Assembly: GCA_043228905.1 (NCBI GenBank)
Contig: JBHGNT010000010.1
Coordinates: forward strand, 2,046,001-2,110,000
Direction of reading: 5' to 3'
From: Azolla caroliniana
Taxonomy: Eukaryota > Plantae > Polypodiophyta
Length of the DNA: 64,000 bases
Shown here: in pieces, positions 13,101-25,712 of the stretch
How positions within the stretch are numbered: position 1 is the first letter of the stretch
Layout: every line of letters starts with the position of its first letter
Translations under genes and position numbers: made by a program
Notes under the pieces: model-generated
Database searches by the model: none
The model's input: the letters and a program-made list of their open reading frames with translations, nothing else
Told to the model about the DNA's origin: nothing

Positions 13101-14619
13101 GCTCCGTTCTCCATGGTTTTCTCCCGCTTTAGGGTTTCCACGTAAAATCAATGCACACTGTCTTCTGTGTTTCCCAACTGTGTATTTTAACACATTCCAT
13201 TTATTGTGGATTGATGATTCATTTCTCGACAAATTGGTATTAGAGCTTGAGGTGCAACCATGGAAGGAGGTGTGAGTGGCTTCCTAGGAATGATAGTTCT
13301 GAACTCTCAGAACTATGCAAACTGGAAGATAAAGATGGAGGATCTTCTCATAGTCAAAGACCTGTACAAGCCCATCTTCTCATAGTCAAAGACTAGAAGG
13401 AGGTGTTGTGGCTTCCCAGGAATGATAGTTCTAAACTCTCAGAACTATGCAGACTGGAAGATAAAGATGGAGGATCTTCTCATAGTCAAAGACCTGTACA
13501 AGCCCATCGACAGAGCAGAAATACCCACGGGGGTATTAGAGTCAGAATGGAAACTTCTCAACAAAAAGGCGGTGGCCACCATCCAATAGTGCATCAATGT
13601 AAGTGTCCTTCAGCATGTGGCAAAATGACACGAATGCCCACGAGATGTGGCAGAAACTGTCAGGTCTATATGAGAGGAAGAACGCCCTCAATAAAACCTC
13701 ACTAATGAGAAAGATTATACGGTTGAAATACAAAGATAGTGAGAGCATCGTCGAACACACCAACACATTCATGGGGTATGTGAATCAACTTGCTGCAACC
13801 AAGTTTCCCCTCGATTATTCCATGCAGGCCATCTTGCTGATGTGCACACAACCGGATAGCTGGGAGAACCTAGTGGTTACTCTTAACACCTCATGTCAAG
13901 AAGAAAACTTGTCTTTACAAGCAGTGAAGACAAGCATCCTAAATGAGGAAGCGAGAGGGAAGGACAAGGGTGCTCTAGTCCAGTCTGAGTCAAATTTGAC
14001 TCAACACATCGGCAGAGGGAGGAACAGACAAAGAAGTTCACTTAGGAGAGAAAAGTCTCAAGCCAAGTCGAAGTCCAAAGGTATGCTTGTGTGCTTTTAT
14101 TGTGGAAAGCCTGGACACTTCCAGAAGGATTGTCGACACATGAGAAAAGACAAAGGTGTCGGAGAAGAACACTTCGGCCATTGCTACGAGCAATGAAGAA
14201 CTATTGTTCATTTGTGAACAAACAAGTGCAAACCTAGCGAGCGAAGAATTCACTTGGGTGATCGACTCCGGTGCATCCTTCCACATAACTCTGTCGAGAG
14301 AGTGTTTCTTGACTTACATAGCCGAGGATCATGGCTATGTAAAGATGGGTGATAGTGGAGAGTGCAAAATAGCCGAAGTCAGAAGTGTCCACTTGACGAC
14401 GTCGACAGGGTGTCGGCTAACTTTGAAGGATGTTCGACACATCCCCGATATCATATTGAATTTGATATTGACTAGAACGATGGGTGACGAAGGTTACAAT
14501 GGTAGCTTTCAAAATGGGAAGTGGACGTTCTGCCGAGGAAATCTTATAGTGGCCCGAGCATAAAAAGAAGGCACATTATATATGATGCATGTCCGACTGT
14601 GCAAGTCGGAAGTGAACGT

Positions 14620-14732
14620 TGTCACGTTGTTAGGCGCGTGCATTTAGAAAGGGGCGGGACCACGGGGGTCTCGAACGAGGGAGCTCAAGAGGCAAGAAAA
14701 CTGACTCCGGACACGTTCCGGAGGCAACCGAA

Positions 14733-14801
<69 letters not shown>

Positions 14802-15433
14802 CGCGCAACACCGACTCTTATGTATAAGAAACAAAGAAGAGGAGCTATGCACCCGACACCAACAGAGACACCATTATGCACAACCAAACATATATATGTA
14901 TATATTACAAGAGGAAGATACAACCCAGGCTTCAAGCCAGACCTAGGAAGTTCGGGATACAACAGTTGTCTTCTGCCAAGCCGCCGGTCGGGGAGCTCTC
15001 GGGCTCGTCGTGCTGAGCAGGGTCTTGCGCAGGAGCCAGGTCAAAAATAGAACCGCTAGATGCCAGGACTCGCTCACCCAAAAACGACGAAGAAGAAGAA
15101 GAAAAGGAACTCCCAAAAGAAACCCTAGAACAAAACAAGAACAAGAGAAACTACCTAACCCTAACTCTAACGGTATACCCTCCTAACTCAAAATGGGCAA
15201 CCCCTCTACAAGGGACCATCCCTTCCTTTTATAGAACAGGGAGAGGGTTGCGTTACAATGTGGGATAAATCCCATATTACATGGGATCCTCTGTCCTGAA
15301 TTAACTCCCACTCGGCGCCATAAAGGCACCCCTATTATTCACACGTTTATACAAGGGTGAGTGCACATAATGCACTCCGCCGATTCTTCCGATACTCCCC
15401 GGTTTCTCACCATAGCCCGGAATCTTCACGACA
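14620..15433 (-). mobile_element. Solo LTR of the tRNA-Trp gypsy group inside A2
   Basis: Minus strand begins TGTCGTGAAGATT, as at 26068. Perfect 4-bp TSD ACGT at 14616-14619 and 15434-15437. Host pol is continuous across it. Confidence 0.9.
14736..14799. repeat. (GA)n microsatellite within solo LTR
   Basis: About 32 GA units. Confidence 0.98.
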
Positions 15434-18400
15434 ACGTGGCAACCGATTCAATAGAAGAGATATGGCATAAGAGGCTAGGCCACATGAGCGAGAAGGGACT
15501 GCATCTGTTAGCCAACCAGAAACTCCTACCAGAAGTCAAGGGAGTGCACCTAGAGAAGTGTGTCAACTGCTTAGTTGGAAAGCAGAACAGAGCAACATTC
15601 CACTCTAGACCACCAAGGAGAAGAGAAGTGTCATTGGAACTAGTACACACAGATGTGTGCTATGTAGATGCTCGTCACACCGAGGCGGACAATACTTTGT
15701 GACCTTTATCAATGACTACATTCGGAAGTTGTGGGCTTTCGTATTAAAGTCAAAAGATCAAGTACTATCGTTCTTCAAGGAGTTCTAGTAGAGAGCCGAA
15801 CAAGAGTTGGGTCGGAAGTTGAAGGCTTTCTGAACCGACAACGGTGGTGAATATAGAGGGTAGTTTGAGGAATATTGCAAGGCTCAAGGCATTTGAGTCG
15901 AATACACAATGCTGAAGACCCCTAAGTTGAACAGGCTTGCAGAGAGGATGAATCGAACAATCATGGAGAGAGTGAGGAGCATGCTCTCTCATGCTTAACT
16001 GTCGAATTCCTATTGGGTTGAGGTGATGTATACAATTGTTTACCTGATCTAGGGGTCTCCCTTAGTGCCATTGAAGGGTGATGTCCCACAGAGGGTGTGG
16101 ACGGGAAAGGATGTCTCCTACCAGCATCTGAGGGTGTTCAGATGTCTGGCGTATATGCATGTACCGAAGCATCAGAGGGTGAAACTCGATAGTAAGTCGA
16201 AAGCATGCATATTCATGGGATACTCTAAAGATGAGTTTGGCTATAGGCTATGGGACCTAGTCGACAAGAAGGTAGTGAGGAGTCGGGACATAGTCTTCTT
16301 GGAAGACAAGACCATAGAGGACTGGAAGCAACAGAAGTCGGAATCGACTAACCAATCAACCTCCACTATTGTCGACTTGAGGCCAAGTGACGGACACAGT
16401 CGGCGGTTCGGAGACAACCATTCGGTACAACCGATTCCAAGTTGGTCGACTTAGAGAGACCAACTGACTATGAGTCTGAGTCGGCTGAACTGTTAAGGTC
16501 GATCGAGGAATACGAGTTGGAGTCGTCCAACCTTGAGAAGCCGATCGACATATATGAACCCAAGCAAAGAGGAGGGTCGGAAGAGACACCTGAACGAGAG
16601 CCGACAACGAGTGGAAGGAGATACCCACTCAGAGAAATGAGAGCACCGACAACATATGCCAATCAATACATCCTCTTGATTGATGAAGGCGAGCCAGAGT
16701 GCTATGATGAAGCCATTGTCGATGAGCACAGAGAGAAATGGATGAACGCGATGCAAGATGAGATGGACTCCTTGCACGAAAACTACACCTACGACTTGGG
16801 AGAACTACCGAAAGGTAAGAGAGCACTCAGGAACAAATGGTTCTACAAGGTGAAGACTAGAGAAATCAACAGTGCGCCTAGGTATAAAGCCCACATTGTA
16901 GTGAAGGGTTTCCAACAGAAAAAGGGCATCGACTTTGACGAAATATTCGCTCCAGATGTGAAGATGACATCCATTAGAATTGTTCTGAGCATAGCTGCTA
17001 GCATGGATCTGGAGATCAAACAGTTGGATGTCAAGAAGACATTCTTGCACGGGGAGTTGGCTAAAGAGGTCTACATGCAACAACCCAAAGGCTTTGTGGA
17101 GAAAGGGAAAGAGAATCTGGTGTGTCGATTGAAGAAAAGCTTGTACGGCCTAAAACAAGCTCCACACCAATGGTACAAGAAGTTCGAGTCCTTCATGGTG
17201 GAACATGGGTTCTAGAGAAAACACATGCTGATCAATGTGTGTTCATCAAAAGGTATGATGAAGGTGACTCCTTGATTCTCTTATTATATGTTGATGACAT
17301 GTTGATATTGTCAAGATAAAAGGAAGATCGGAAGCTTGAAGAAAGCTCTAGGCAAGTCGTTTGCCATGAAGGATCTTGGTCCGGCTAAACAGGTCTTAGG
17401 GATGCACATAGTTTAGGATAGAACTAAGAAAGTGTTGTGGTTGTCACAAGAGAAATACATGACGAAGATCCTAGAAAGATTCAACATGATAGAAGCAAAG
17501 TTGATGGCTCTGCGTTACCAACTAACTGCAAGTTAAATGCAAGGCAATGCCCGAGAAGGGAGAAAGAAAAGGCTGAGATGAGGAAAGTGCCATATGCCTC
17601 AGCCATCGGCAGTCTAATGTATGCTATGGTCTACACGAGACAAGACATAGCCTTTGTTGTGGGAACAGTAAGCCGATACATGAGTAATCCAGGAAGAGAA
17701 CACTGGGCAGCGGTGAAGTGGATACTCAAGTACTTGAAAGGCACCTCGAGGGTATGCCTAAGGTACGGTGTCGGAAAACCCATGCTCAAAGGGTTTACCA
17801 ACTCAAACATGTCAGGGGAAGTAGATTCAAGGTGATCCACATCAGGGTACATGATGACCTATGCAGGGGGAGCAATGTCGTGGCAGTCATGATTGTAGAA
17901 GTCTGTGGCCCAATCACAAAGGCAGAATATATGGCAGCGGTAGAGGCCGACAAGGAGCTAATTTGGATGAGAAACTTTCTCAGCGAGTTGGGAATGAAGC
18001 AAAGGGATTTCTTGCTTCATTGTGATAGCTACAGTGCCATACACCTAGCCAAGAATGCTACATACCACTCCCAGACCAAGCACATACAGAGGAGGTATCA
18101 CTGGTTGCATGAGAAAGTCAAAGAAGGAGAGTTTACCCTCGTGAAGATCCATATTGACGACAATGGATCCGACATGCTGACAAAGAACCTGCCGATGGAC
18201 AGACTCAAAGTCATTCGACAGAAGACAGGACTAACTCCCTCCCACAAGAGTGAAGGGGCAGTTTGTTGGAAATATAACCCTCCCGTGGGAGGAGCCAACT
18301 GTCTGGAAGTAACCGATAGTCGAAGACAAGGAAGAGCCAACTGTCTGGAAGTGGCCGACAGTCGAAGATAAGGAAGAGCCAATTGTTTGGGCTGAGGAGA

Positions 18401-19252
18401 GTCGACAGTCAAAGACTTAACAAATAGGGAGTCGATTGATTAACTATTGACTATTATTATTATAGTTATAATAATAGTAGCGATGTGTAGTAGGGGCTAC
18501 ACTTGTAAATAGCCCATATGATGTATTAGTATAAATACGCCTAGGGCCAATTTATAGTTGTGATCCTCTATTGTAGAGAACGACAGAGAAGAGTGAGAAC
18601 GGGGGGGAGAGATTGTGTGAGCGGAGCCATAGCCATGTTCTGTAAGAGTTCTGCGTGGTTGATACACTCAAATCAGAGAGTGTTGTACTCTAATCCCCAC
18701 CTTGTATATCCATTATATATAGTGAAGCTCCGTTCTCCGTGGTTTTCTCCCGTTTTAGGGTTTCCACATAAAATAGTGTCTTCTGTGTTTCCCAACTATG
18801 TATTTAAGTGCATTCCTTTTATTGTGGATTGATGATTCGTTTCTCGACACATTTACATTAGATGGATGTAAAGAATGCATTCTTGCAAAGAGAACTTGAG
18901 GCACAGGTGTAAATTGTACAACCCCCCGGATTTCAGTCTGTAAAGAACACCTCGACGGTATGCTGACTGAAAAAGTCCCTTTACGGACTAAAACAAGCCT
19001 CGCGCTCATGGAACACGAAGATCACACAGCGCCTGCGTCGGCGATCATAGATCCACATCTGGGTTCACGTTCTCGCTTGGGAGCGCCGCGATCTCTTGGA
19101 GCAACAAGAAGCAGCCGACATTTGCACTGTCAAGCACAAAGGCTTAGTATCAAGGAGCGGTTGTCGCGACATGCAAAGCCATTTGGCTCAAGAGGCTACT
19201 CAAGGATCTGCAGGTGGAGGTGTCCGCTCCGACGACGATCTACTACGAACTC

Positions 19253-19794
19253 TTCGTAGTAAGTGAAAGGTAATATTCCACCTGTGGAGACCACGAAACT
19301 GCCAGATGGTCCTTAACAAGTTTCATATTGGCAATCAAGAATGCATCTTGTTCGTCTCCATTGAGAGATAAATACTTTTGTCGCAACCCCCCCAAGTTTG
19401 CCTTTCCAAATTTTGATAGACAAAGGCTTCCACAACATACCTTGCTTATGTCAATTGAAATTTGTCGATCCAAACACAAAAAATTATATCGTTTAACACT
19501 CACTTGTCGAGTTACTCTTTGAAAATTTAGAGGCTTATTAACATAGTCTTCATTAGCATTCGATAAACTAGACTCACCATGAGTTGTAACTACTTTAATA
19601 TATCTTGTTTTACCTAAGTTTAATGGCTCTATGGAAAAAATTGACGTCGAGATTTTCTCTTGATCATCGTTGGTCTTAACATGGCACCTTTTATTATTAA
19701 CGTGGCTATATTCCTCGATTGAGAATAAGCAGTTATCAGATAATATAACAGGCTCAATAGAAAACAAAGAATTTTCACTCGACTTTGAGGACAT
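19253..19794 (-). pseudogene. N-terminal part of a Sola1-like DDE transposase, truncated
   Basis: ORF 19243..19818 contains CC.SLCLSKF.....GLRQKYLSL...EQDAFLI.NM...VEYYL. This is the Cys-rich C.C..C..F...R.....L...Q..FL....Y.L pattern typical upstream of the catalytic core in Sola1-type transposases. Recognised by eye only. Confidence 0.55.
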
Positions 19795-21239
19795 TTTACT
19801 CAAGGCTAAGTAACACAAACAATGTCCAAAATAGGCAAAAACTTGGTTCTATAATAAGCACCATGTCCAAAAACATATTTTTTTCTTTTTATAAAAAAAT
19901 AATTAAAAATATTTTTGAAAATAGGCAAAACAAATGTTACCCGTAAGAATATACGGGGAGGCATAAGGGTATTTGTAATGATGTGGTTGATGTGTATGTG
20001 TAAAGTAAATGAGTGTGTGAGCATATGCACAATTATGTGCATGTGACAAGATTGTAACAGTCGTCTCTTTTGTAACGGTCATTATTTACCGTTACATTAT
20101 GTATTATATAAGTTCCCCTTATGGGGCATCTAATAGATATACATTTTCCCTCTCTCATTTTGTGCCATTTCCTATTTGTCTTTCTCTCTAGCTCTCTCAT
20201 TGTCGCACCCCTTGGGAGTGGGGCGAAACCATTCTAGGCTTCACCCCCCCCCCCCCCCCCCCCCCAACAACAACAAATTATATAAAGGGAAGTCATCTTC
20301 TATTTCTTATTATCATGTTCAAGCATAAGAAGAGCACAGGAGCACATGAGCACTTCGCAATCAAAATCGTCGAGTTTTCACCTCCCCGGTCAACTCAACA
20401 TCTCCGACATCAACATGAACAAGGGAAAAAAAATTGCTTGGTATGTTTTCCAACCCAACATTTTAGATTCTAAAAAGATTCCTTAAAGATTCTTTTTTGT
20501 TTTATTCATTTTTTGCTTCCATAATCGAGGTGTATCCCTTTCAACGAGAATTCGATGCAGTGCCTTCCTTCAAACTAATTCCATCACCAACAAAATGACC
20601 TTCTGACACCATGATGAAAGCTGATTCTGGGAAAGCATTTATCGAGTCAAGAGGTGACGACACTTCAAAGTCTTTTGTTGGTAACATGCCGACGACTTTA
20701 GGCGAAAAGAGTGGGGAACCTCGCCTGAAGAGCTACCCCAATGTGGAGTGGACATTGATCTACAATGAGCAAGAAGGGGACCTGCTTCTTATTCTTGCAA
20801 AGTCTGACGATGAAGGCAAGTTGCAGATGGGAAAGACATTCATCTACGGCTACGTACGGAGCATTGAATATGAAGACAACGACTCGTCGAACCTCTTATT
20901 CGATGTTGATAGCTCGGTGGGGTTTTGCAAAGTCAAGGTTGATGAATGTAATTTCATAACTGACTCCTGCCACCATAAAGCCCTAAAAAAGAATGTTCAA
21001 ACAAAAAACAACTTGATTGTTGCTTTGCGCTCGTACATTAAGGGAGAGTTGATCGTGACGCAAGCAGCAACCCCACCAAAGTCTGCCAAGAAGTCCAAAC
21101 CGGACATAAGAAGTACAAGAAAAGGCAGCAACCAGAAGAGGACGAGCCGGAGGTCCTCGAGTACTGAGAAGATGAGGAGGAAGAAGTCGAGCTCGAAGTT
21201 ATTCCTCCAGGGGGACACATTTCATCGGGGATACTCATC

Positions 21240-21622
21240 TTAGAGCAGAACCGGATCAGAGAAAATATTGTAGAGACGAAGCTTGTCCGTAAAGGATAAT
21301 TATTTCACTTACCAATCTGCTCTATTCAACGGCCACCCATTGATCCGGAGATAGGAAGAAGGGTTGTAGAAATCAAAGAGCCACATTCAGTGCATGAGCA
21401 GAACTTAAAAAGCAAAATTAAGATTAATCCACATGCGGTTGTAGTGCCATTCTTAGTAATGGTCAACCCAGATCAATGTCCTACTGTTGTTGACTTCAAG
21501 TACAGTTCAACAGATGACTACACATACTATGTGATTGGAGGATCCCACTTTGTTGAACCCCGACGTCAACTGGTCTAGGAGTATCCTCTTACCCCTTTCT
21601 TCAAGTTTGTAGAATGTAAAGT
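21240..21622 (+). pseudogene. ParB/Sulfiredoxin-like domain segment
   Basis: LPICSIQRP...EIKEPHSVHEQNLKSKIKINP..VVPFLVMV....YTYYVIGGSHFVEPRRQL matches the ParB/Srx layout (I..I.P...R.....L..SI...G...PI.V...Y.iidG.HR..A...L). Confidence 0.6.
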
Positions 21623-21928
21623 TGTTGAGCGAACAAGCTCAACTGGATCCGGATCGGCTGAATAAGCTAGAGCCAGATTGGTATTGGTGTCTGGATGATA
21701 TCCAGAACCTAGAGCCGGATTGGATTGAAACCGGTAGGCCGTTAGAGGCCTATGAATCCAGCCTAGTACATAGGCATATTTTTGGGAGTTAGTGTCAGTC
21801 GCTCGTATGAGCATTGAAGTACCTATCAGTACTTCTCTCAGTCCTTTATGAACTTGTATAAAAGTGCGCTCTGCGCAAATTCTATGTACACAAAGGATTA
21901 TTATTATTTGAATAGAGTTTCATGTTCT

Positions 21929-22008
<80 letters not shown>

Positions 22009-25000
22009 GTGTATGCTAAATACTCTCAAGCTTCTATTGAACCTGTGTTTTTTATTCTCGGTTGCTGCCTGGCTAAACGGGTTTTGTCAAACTTTCACAT
22101 GCTAACTTTGACATGGTATCAGAGTGGGAGGGTTGAGACTCCTCTGCAACTGACAGACTCTTTCGAAGACAAACCCTAACACCAGGTGAAGAACAGTACA
22201 GAACCGAAATGGATAGAGGTATGGCAAGTTCGCTTCCCACAGAGTAACTATGCATCCTGGTCATATAAAATGCACTAGTACCTGTTGGGGCATGGATATT
22301 GGAGCTATGTGGAAGGAACTAACGAGGTAGCACTGGAGCTAGCACACAAAGACTTCCCGGCATGGGAGCAAGGAGTTAGCCAAGTATTGTATTACCTCGC
22401 ATATGGTGTGCACGATCAGATGCCCGGCTACATCAAGGATGCAAAAACGCCAAAGGAGGCCTGGGAAAATCTATGGAAGATTTTCGCCGCAAGTATCACA
22501 ACCCATAAGTTGTAGCTTTGGCAAAAGTTGAACAACATTCGGCAGAGAGATATGTCGATTACGGACTACACCAACAAGATTAAGGAGATCTGTGATGCAC
22601 TCGGATCCATCAACGTAACGGTGGAAGAAGACGAGATGGTCCAAATTTGTCTTGGTGGTCTAGCACAACGGTACGGGCCAATCCGGACGGCAATTTGCCC
22701 CCCAAGGGAAGCTACCGTCCTTCTTCGACTTATAATCCATGTTGATGGTCGAAGAAAACCACGCGAGTGGGTCGAGGACCACTCAATCGGACAACCGGAT
22801 GTTGTACATGGAGGCGAATTGGCCCAGTGGGCATGGAGGACGAGGCGGGTCGACATGCAATGGAGGCGGCCAGCAAGAGCAAAACTGAAGGCATAGAGAC
22901 GGAGCCGATAGTAGTTCCAGACCCTCCACAAGCAAGGGGAGTCAAGTCGGAGCCGAAAACTGGTAGTTGAAAACCAACATAGAATGTTGGTACTGTGGCA
23001 AGAAAGGCCACAGAGAGAGCAAGTGCTGGAAGAAGCGTGCCGATTTGGATAAATCCGGATCCGGCAAGGCTAGACAAGGGAACTGACAAAGCTCAGAAGG
23101 ATCCGGAACCAGGAAAACTGGAAAGGGGCCTGCCTTTGAGATGAAGCACCAAGCGAACTCAATGAAGAAGACCACTTCCGGATCGGAGGAAGTGTGGTAT
23201 GTTGATTCTGGAGTATCAAACCAAATGACAAGCCACGAAGAGTGGTTCTAATTTCGGGAGACACCGGAACAACCGGAAGTTGTCAAAACCGGAGACGACA
23301 CTCCTCACCCGATTATGCATGTCAGAGAAGTCCCTTTAAGCCATGTCAGACAAAGCGGGAAGCTGATGAATGTTCTACATGTCCTGACAATCACAAAGAA
23401 CCTAGTGTCGGTCGAACAAATCGTCGACCAGGGAATGCAAGTGCGGTTTACGCACCTTGGGTGCTTCATCGAGGAATAAGACCGGATAATCGCGCGACAT
23501 CTTCACCAAATGGACGTGAAGAATGTGTTTCTTCAAGGTGACCTTGAAGAACGGGTCTATATGATCCAACCCCCCGGATTCCAATCGGAGATGAACAAGT
23601 CGGTAGTGTGCCGACTCAAGAAGTCGCTTTACGGTCTGAAACAAGCCCCCCGAGCTTGGAATGTGAAGATCACGCACCACTTGCGTAAGATGGGGTTTGC
23701 GGCCTCAACGTCCTACTCGTCATTGTTCATCTGGAAAGCTCCGGATGGTCCAGTTTGTATCCTGCTATATGTTGATGATTTAGTCATCACCGGACCCGGA
23801 CTAGATGAAATCGGCAGAGTGAAGTCCCGTTGTTGGACGCATTTGAAATGAAGGACCTGGGGACCTTCATTATTTTCTTGGGATCGAGGTGATCCGGACC
23901 CCCGATGGAATATTGCTCTAACAAAGACACTATATGTTGAATATGTTGTACAAGTTCGGCATGACGGAATGCCGACTGATCTCCACACCCCTGGACCGGA
24001 ACCTGGAGCTACGTCCCGACTCCGGCCCGACCTATGATGAGAAACGGTTCCGACAAATTGTCGGAATCCTTATATACTTGATGATCACCTGACCTGACAT
24101 CAGTTATCCAATCGGGGTGATCAACCAGTGTATGCAGAAGCCGACCGTGGAGCACCTTCAGTGCATGCATCAACTATTGCGATATGTGAGCAGCACAAAG
24201 GACCGGGGACTGTTATACCGACATGGTATAGTTGGGAAGCTAATCAGATATACCGATGCCGACTCGACTGGTGATGCATTAGATCACTGATCCACCTCTG
24301 GTTACATTTTTTCTCTTGGTAGCGTGGTTGTTGCATGGAACAACAAAAAACAGCCAATAGTGGCTCTGTCAAGCACTAAGGTTGAGTACCGGGGCGCTAC
24401 CATTGCCACCTGTGAAGCCATCTGGCTTCGACGACTGATGGGAGACCTCCGGGTTAAGGTGTCGATCCCAATACAACTTGCCAAGAACCTTGTATTCCAT
24501 GCTCGGACAAAGCACACAGAGGTGCATTATCACTTTGTCCGTGAGCGGGTCCTGAGCGGTGAAGTTGAACTTCGGTATGTTCATACGGATCGGCAAGTTG
24601 CTGACATCTTCACCAAGCCGCTCGGATCGCGCAAGTTGCAGCACTTTTCCAAAATGCTGGGTCTACAACATCTCGACATGCCGCACTTGAGGGGGAGAAT
24701 GGATGGCGCCAGACAAGGAACCGGAGAGGAAGAAAGAACGGATTGCACTAGACAAGGAGCCGAAGAGGAAGAAAGAACCAAGGGGGGAGACGAGCAGAAA
24801 AAGGAGGTTGAGTTGATCGAACAAGTCGGAGCAAGCGGCAGCGGCGGCAGAGTCAAGAAAGACAGATCCGACCGAAAAAAGGCCAAGACCCGGACTTGGT
24901 CTGATGTGGTGAAGGGCCTGAAAATAGAAGACGAATATGAGACTACCAACTCGGACAAGAGCTAGAACGAATCAGAGGAAGCAAATTTGGAAGAGTTAGT

Positions 25001-25712
25001 TCAACAATTGGATTCGGAAGAGCCAAATCAACTAAAGGCCAAGCAGATGAGAAGGCAGCGGAAGTCGACACCAATACGGAGGAACCGATGGGTCGACAAG
25101 CGCCGGACTCATAGCAGCGAAGGAGCTAAGATGGGCTTGCTGAGCAGATAAGCCGACCAAGGAGGTCGAGGAGCGCAAAACAGGACAGGTTGCGGGAAGC
25201 AGAACCGGATCTTACAAGGAGCGCGAGCGAGGCAAGAGGATGCCAGAAGGAGTCGGATGGAAGAACCGGCTACCACAGAAACTGACACCACGAGCCGACC
25301 TCAAGTTGAGCTTGAGGGGGAGTGTTGAGTGAACAAGCTCAACCGGATCCGAATCGGTATCCGAAACGGAGAACCAGATCAGTGTCTGGATGATATCCAA
25401 AACCAGGAACTGGATCGGATTGAAACCAGTAGGCCATTACAGGCCTACGGATCCAGCTAGTACGTAGGCATATTTTTGGGAGTCAGTGTCAATCGCTCGT
25501 ATGAGCATTGAAGTACCTGTTAGTACTTCTATCAGTCCTTTATGGACTTGTATAAAAGTGCTCTTTTTTAATAGAGTTTCATGTTCTTCTCTCTCTCTCT
25601 CTCTCCCGTGTATGCTAAATACTCTCAAGCTTCCATTGAACCTGTGTTTTTTATTCTCAATTGCTGCCTGGCTAAACAGGTTTTGTCAAACTTCCGCACG
25701 CTAACTTTGACA
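21623..25712 (+). mobile_element. Ty1/copia element B3 with internal deletion of the integrase
   Basis: LTRs 21623-22113 and 25323-25712; TSD AAAGT at 21618-21622 and 25713-25717; PBS TGGTATCAGAG at 22114. Sequence jumps from post-protease directly to RT HLHQMDVKNVFL at about 23495. LLYVDDL near 23770; RNaseH 24324-24690; PPT 25312-25322. Confidence 0.93.
21930..22006. repeat. (CT)n microsatellite in B3 5' LTR
   Basis: About 38 CT units; only about 9 units at the equivalent site of the 3' LTR (about 25589-25605). Confidence 0.97.

Larger units (their letters stand above)
12671..18849 (+). mobile_element. Older full-length Ty1/copia element A2 (related to A1), degenerate
   Basis: LTRs 12671-13231 and 18264-18849; TSD CATTT at 12666-12670 and 18850-18854; PBS TGGTATTAGAGC 13235-13246. 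Gag/pol fragments are clearly homologous to A1, with many stops. The gag 5' end is locally duplicated at about 13262-13505. Confidence 0.93.
8241..19249 (+). mobile_element. Degenerate Ty1/copia element B2 (5' LTR 8241-8626; 3' end truncated); hosts a solo LTR and element A2
   Basis: LTR TGTTGAGATACAAGCTCAAC...TTGCA with degenerate PBS TGGGATCATAGC 8627-8638. Gag MDKGMGSSLPTEKLDKSNY at 8712; WYVDSG near 10630; integrase 11216-12022; RT YKARLVAKGY near 12540 continues after 18854. Collapsed RT/RNaseH ends at about 19249 with no 3' LTR. Confidence 0.85.
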
